A stretch of 64,000 bases of DNA, taken from assembly GCA_038886535.1 (NCBI GenBank), contig JAVZXS010000002.1, forward strand, positions 128,001 through 192,000, given 5' to 3'. Source of the stretch: Candidatus Micrarchaeia archaeon (lineage in GTDB: Archaea > Micrarchaeota > Micrarchaeia > CABMEP01). This document shows positions 60,155-64,000 of this stretch, in pieces. Within the stretch, counting starts at the first letter, position 1, and each line of letters begins with the position of its first letter. The position numbers were made by a program, and so were the translations under genes. Below the pieces are notes generated by a model, which saw only the letters and a list, made by a program, of their open reading frames with translations, made no database searches and was not told the origin of the DNA.

Positions 60155-62182
60155 TTAGACGTTTAGTTCTTTTCTTAATTCTTTTATTAACCTTTCTTTT
60201 CTCTTACTGTCTTTAATTGCATGTTCAATTACATCTATTAGGTTGCTCACAGCTATTATCTCTATTTTCTTTCTTTTTTCTTCACTCAATACTATGTCAT
60301 CTAAATTCTCTTTCGGAACAATTACTGCCTTTAATCCTGCATCAACAGCTGCTTCAACTTTAGCTGTAACACCGCCCACTGGAAGAACTTGTCCTCTTAC
60401 ACTTAATGAACCTGTCATTGCAACATCCTGTTTTATTGCAACTCCTTCCATTGCACTTAAAACCGCGAGGGCAACAGAAATCGAAGCGCTATCTCCTTCT
60501 ACACCTTCATATGTTTGTAAAAATTGAATATGTATATCATAACCAGTTACATCTTTTTTCATATGTTTCTTTATTATTGCACTTACATTGTCGACTGCTT
60601 CTTTTGCAATCTCTCCAAGCTTTCCAGTTGCTATAACCTTTCCTTCGAATTTAGATGAAGCAGGAGTCACTTCCGCAACTATTGGCATTACTAATCCGCT
60701 GCTTCCATCTCCTATCACCGCCAACCCATTCACCCTCCCGACTTTTGCTCCATGGGTCTCTAAAACACTGTATTCTTTCTTTTGTTCAATCATCATATGT
60801 GCAAGTTGTTGTTCTATTGTTTTAGCAACTCCTTTTGCCTTAAGTACATGAGATACGTCTGTTACTGGAGAATTTTCACTTTTTGCTATGTCTCCTGCGG
60901 CCCTTATAAGACCACCTAGCTCTCTTAATTTTAATGTAAGTCTTTTCTTTCTACCTGCTTTTCTTTTTGCCTCTTTGATTATTTCTATAACTGCATCTCT
61001 TGTGAAGTGAGGGATTTTTCCGTCTTTCTTTACTTCCTGTGCAACGAATCTAACTAATTTCTCTCTATTTTCTTTAGTGTCTGGCATAGTATCGTTAAGG
61101 TATATTTCATATCCATATCCTCTTATTCTCGATCTTAATGCAGGATGCATGTTCTGAAGATCATTTAAATTTCCTGCTGCAACTAGAACAAAGTCACATG
61201 GAACAGGTTCAGTTCTGGTTAACGCTCCGCTTGACATTTCACTTTGACCTGTAATTGGAAATTTCTTTTCCTGCATTGCAGTGAGCAGATCTTGTTGTGA
61301 TTTTAGATTTAGTGTTCCAATTTCATCTATATAAAGAACACCCATGTCAGCCCTATGAATTGCTCCGCTCTCAACTCTGAGATGTGCTGGAGTACCCAAG
61401 CCTCCTGTTTGTAAAGGATCATGCCTGACGTCTCCAAAAAGGGCTCCAGCCTTAGCACCAGTAGCTTCGATAAAAGGTGCAGTTCTTCTTCCAGTATTGT
61501 CAACTATAAGTTTTGGTTCATTATACTCTTCTCTTCTGATTCCACTTTGAAGTCTTGATGTAAACATCCACATTGCAAGGAAGAATAATCCTCCAAGTAC
61601 AATAGCAGCAATTATTGAAGAGTATTTCTCAATTTCTGAAAGTACTGAAAGGTCTACAAATTGAAATATCAGCAAACCAATTAGAAGAATGATAAGTAAT
61701 TTAGTTATCCAAGATATGCCACCTTGTTTCTTTGGCATTAGTTTTTGCATCTTACTTGCAAGTATTATTTTCCTTCCCTGTCCAATTTTTTCCTCTTCAG
61801 GTGCATTTTCAGGTGGAAGTCCATTAGGATAGGTAAGTACTGTTTTTATCTTTGGATTATTCTCATCGAATTCATTTGGATATACTAATACATCCCTCAG
61901 GTTTTCTGCAGGCATTAATTCCGCCATTCCTTGTGCAAGCATACTTTTTCCAGTACCTGGAGAACCAAGAAGAAGAACGTTTCTTCTTTGTGCAGCGGCT
62001 TTCTTTACTATTTCTACTGCTTTATCCTGTCCTATTATTTGATCGATTATTTTTTCAGGTATTTTTATTTCTGCAGTTGTATTAAATTTAGGAATAGTCT
62101 TTTCGATATCTTCTAAGTCTTCACCGATTTTTGTTGTTTTTTTCTTTTCTTTTTTTAATTTTAATGTTTTCTCTTCCATCAA
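60155..62182 (-). CDS. lonB: Archaeal membrane-bound Lon protease
   Basis: GSPGTGKS, two inserted TMs, LYIDE, GDSAS and PVGGVTAK. Confidence 0.96.
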   Translation of the reverse strand: MMEEKTLKLKKEKKKTTKIGEDLEDIEKTIPKFNTTAEIKIPEKIIDQIIGQDKAVEIVKKAAAQRRNVLLLGSPGTGKSMLAQGMAELMPAENLRDVLVYPNEFDENNPKIKTVLTYPNGLPPENAPEEEKIGQGRKIILASKMQKLMPKKQGGISWITKLLIILLIGLLIFQFVDLSVLSEIEKYSSIIAAIVLGGLFFLAMWMFTSRLQSGIRREEYNEPKLIVDNTGRRTAPFIEATGAKAGALFGDVRHDPLQTGGLGTPAHLRVESGAIHRADMGVLYIDEIGTLNLKSQQDLLTAMQEKKFPITGQSEMSSGALTRTEPVPCDFVLVAAGNLNDLQNMHPALRSRIRGYGYEIYLNDTMPDTKENREKLVRFVAQEVKKDGKIPHFTRDAVIEIIKEAKRKAGRKKRLTLKLRELGGLIRAAGDIAKSENSPVTDVSHVLKAKGVAKTIEQQLAHMMIEQKKEYSVLETHGAKVGRVNGLAVIGDGSSGLVMPIVAEVTPASSKFEGKVIATGKLGEIAKEAVDNVSAIIKKHMKKDVTGYDIHIQFLQTYEGVEGDSASISVALAVLSAMEGVAIKQDVAMTGSLSVRGQVLPVGGVTAKVEAAVDAGLKAVIVPKENLDDIVLSEEKRKKIEIIAVSNLIDVIEHAIKDSKRKERLIKELRKELNV

Positions 62183-62246
62183 ATCACTATATTAATTATT
62201 AATATCAAACTAAAAATTTTAAAAAAATATATTTTCAACACTCTAT

Positions 62247-63035
62247 TTATTTCAATCTTGAAAAAGCAGTATCCCCCGATGGTAAAAGACGAATTACCTC
62301 ATCTTTTTTAAGACTTAGTTGCTTTGCGATTTTTTCTGCAACTATGTCTTTTGAATATCTTCCAGGTTGCAGAGTAAAACAAATCTTGAATTTATCTGCT
62401 CCACTTTCTTCTGGAAGACACAGAAGTTCACCATTTTCATTTAATCCGATAAGCAATTTTAATTGAACTCCTCTGAAGTAATTTTTTCTTCCAGAAATAA
62501 AAAAGCTTCCTTTTTGTAAATATTCTCCAGATGGTGGAGATTTGCTTACTTGATCTTTTGTTACATAATAAACGTCAATACTTCCGTATCCCGTCTTCCA
62601 TGCAGATGAATAACAAGCAGCGAATTGGGCAGTTTGTCTAAGAGATGATTCTGGTGCATTTTTTCCTTTTTTAAGTACTACAGCAGGAGCCCCAATTATA
62701 TCAGCGTGAAAAAATAAATCATCCTCTTCAAGTCTTTTTTTGACAATTTCTTCATTCTGTCCTGCGCTTTTTCCACCTATTGCTAAAAATCCATCTGTTG
62801 TAAAAAACCAATGATATTGGCTATACCATTCTTTCTTTTCTTGCTTTTTTTCTTGTTTTTCTTGCTTTTTTTCTTTTGATCTTTCTGTTTCTTCTTCTAT
62901 CTCTTTTTTTGTTTCTTCTATTGCTTTTTTTGTTTCTTCTAGTTTTCTTTTCATTTTTTTTGCATTTTCAAAATAAATATTTGCATTGTCAAAAACTTCT
63001 TTATTCGGATCGATTATTATTTCCATATCTATCAA
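62247..63035 (-). CDS. NFACT-R (DUF814) RNA-binding protein, a short Rqc2/NEMF homolog
   Basis: DNANIYFENAKKMKRK coiled coil, GGKSAGQNE, FFHAD, YSSAWK and QVSKSPPSGEYLQKGSF. Confidence 0.85.
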   Translation of the reverse strand: MIDMEIIIDPNKEVFDNANIYFENAKKMKRKLEETKKAIEETKKEIEEETERSKEKKQEKQEKKQEKKEWYSQYHWFFTTDGFLAIGGKSAGQNEEIVKKRLEEDDLFFHADIIGAPAVVLKKGKNAPESSLRQTAQFAACYSSAWKTGYGSIDVYYVTKDQVSKSPPSGEYLQKGSFFISGRKNYFRGVQLKLLIGLNENGELLCLPEESGADKFKICFTLQPGRYSKDIVAEKIAKQLSLKKDEVIRLLPSGDTAFSRLK

Positions 63036-63100
63036 TATTCCAAAATATTATAAATAAGTATAAATAAGATATTAAGAAGAAAAAATCTTAAAATAAGTCT

Positions 63101-63289
63101 TTATTCTTTTATCTTTGCCGCATATCTACCTGGAGTTTTTATTCCTAACTTCTTTGCGATTTCAGAAACTTCTGGATTAATTATTATTACCTCTCCACTC
63201 CATCTATCCGTCAATCGTTCGCTTCCACAGAGTGGACACTTGTTTTGACCTTTTGAAATATATTTACAATCTTTGCATGCTTTTTCCAT
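63101..63289 (-). CDS. spt4: Transcription elongation factor Spt4 (RpoE'')
   Basis: ACKDC...CPLCGS, WSG and PGRYA. Confidence 0.95.
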   Translation of the reverse strand: MEKACKDCKYISKGQNKCPLCGSERLTDRWSGEVIIINPEVSEIAKKLGIKTPGRYAAKIKE

Positions 63290-63322
63290 ATAAACACCTG
63301 TAATGATTTATATTAAATTCGT

Positions 63323-63934
63323 TTATTTTTTCTTTCCTTTTTCGGTTTTCTTCTCTTTCTCTTCTTCTTTTTCTACTTTCTTTGCTTTCTTTCCTTTTTC
63401 TTCTTCATATAACCAAGTTAAATTTCCTAATCCATCTCCCTTCATTGTCATTGCAATTTTAGTTTCCGGAATTGTCGGTTTCATACTTACAGATACTATC
63501 TTTGCTCTTACTATATCTCCTTTCTTTACAGTATGTTTGCTTCCTTTTAGAAGCAAGCTTCCTGTTTTTTTATCAAATGTTATGAAATCATTTGCGATTT
63601 GAGATAAGTGAACAAGTCCATCGAATGGACCTATATTTATAAATATTCCAAAATCCATTACTTCTGTTACCTCTCCATTAACAATTTCATGTGTCTCCGG
63701 TATATATACAAGTACGTTATACTTGACATCGTAGTATGCTGCTCCATCACCCAATACAACCTTTCCTCCTTTTATGTCATGTATATTCCATATTTTCAAT
63801 ACAACTCCGTTTTCTAGGTCAACCTTTCTTTCATATTTGTCTTGTAATATTCTCAATATGGAATCATTAAGTTCCATTGTAAAATAAGAAGGAGGTACTC
63901 TGATTGTATCAGAAATCGTTATAACTTTGTACAT
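63323..63934 (-). CDS. rpoE: RNA polymerase subunit E' (Rpo7)
   Basis: IRVPP, GDGAAY, FGIFINIGPFDGLVHLSQ and GLG. Confidence 0.96.
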   Translation of the reverse strand: MYKVITISDTIRVPPSYFTMELNDSILRILQDKYERKVDLENGVVLKIWNIHDIKGGKVVLGDGAAYYDVKYNVLVYIPETHEIVNGEVTEVMDFGIFINIGPFDGLVHLSQIANDFITFDKKTGSLLLKGSKHTVKKGDIVRAKIVSVSMKPTIPETKIAMTMKGDGLGNLTWLYEEEKGKKAKKVEKEEEKEKKTEKGKKK

Positions 63935-64000
63935 AAGATCAAACCTCGCGATTCAAATCAACATTTTATATTTGGCAAAATCCAATAGGACATTGCCATA

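Noticed and set aside
60155..62182. Insertion in the LonB ATPase domain as an intein
   Set aside because: It is the usual two-TM membrane anchor; no intein terminal motifs.
153..63817. Many short ORFs in the track that are antisense to, or nested within, long genes
   Set aside because: They shadow well-supported genes, have Ser/Phe/Ile-rich antisense composition and show no motifs.
63953..64000. Possible 3' end of an upstream minus-strand gene
   Set aside because: Only about 15 codons are visible, too few to identify.

Overview
AT-rich archaeal chromosome segment. The split RNA polymerase (B''/B'/A'/A''), membrane-bound LonB, CarS, BHB tRNA intron and GGTG ribosome-binding sites are archaeal. 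A DPANN lineage, probably Micrarchaeota, is my inference from the compact gene set and many KGQ-type pilins. The window holds TldE/TldD, DNA ligase and nucleotide-metabolism genes, an intron-containing tRNA-Gly, a MacB/LolD-type ABC system, a copper/disulfide cluster, a 1609-aa Cys-rich surface protein, a type IV pilus locus, PPDK, the str and RNAP operons, Roadblock plus a KaiC-like ATPase, LonB, a short NFACT protein, Spt4 and RpoE'. Best novelty candidates: (1) a pilus/adhesion system with two divergently transcribed secretion ATPases (one atypical, one with a wHTH-like N-terminus), six class III signal-peptide proteins and a LapG/transglutaminase-like protein; (2) a tRNA-Gly intron built from a duplicated palindrome; (3) 17-bp inverted repeats bracketing rpoH, plus structured leaders on the RNAP and rps12 operons; (4) a membrane-anchored wHTH regulator next to helically phased repeats upstream of the copper operon; (5) a 207-bp identical tract shared by two diverged permease paralogs. 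No CRISPR array, integrase, transposase or rRNA was seen. All calls come from reading motifs by eye; no searches were run.
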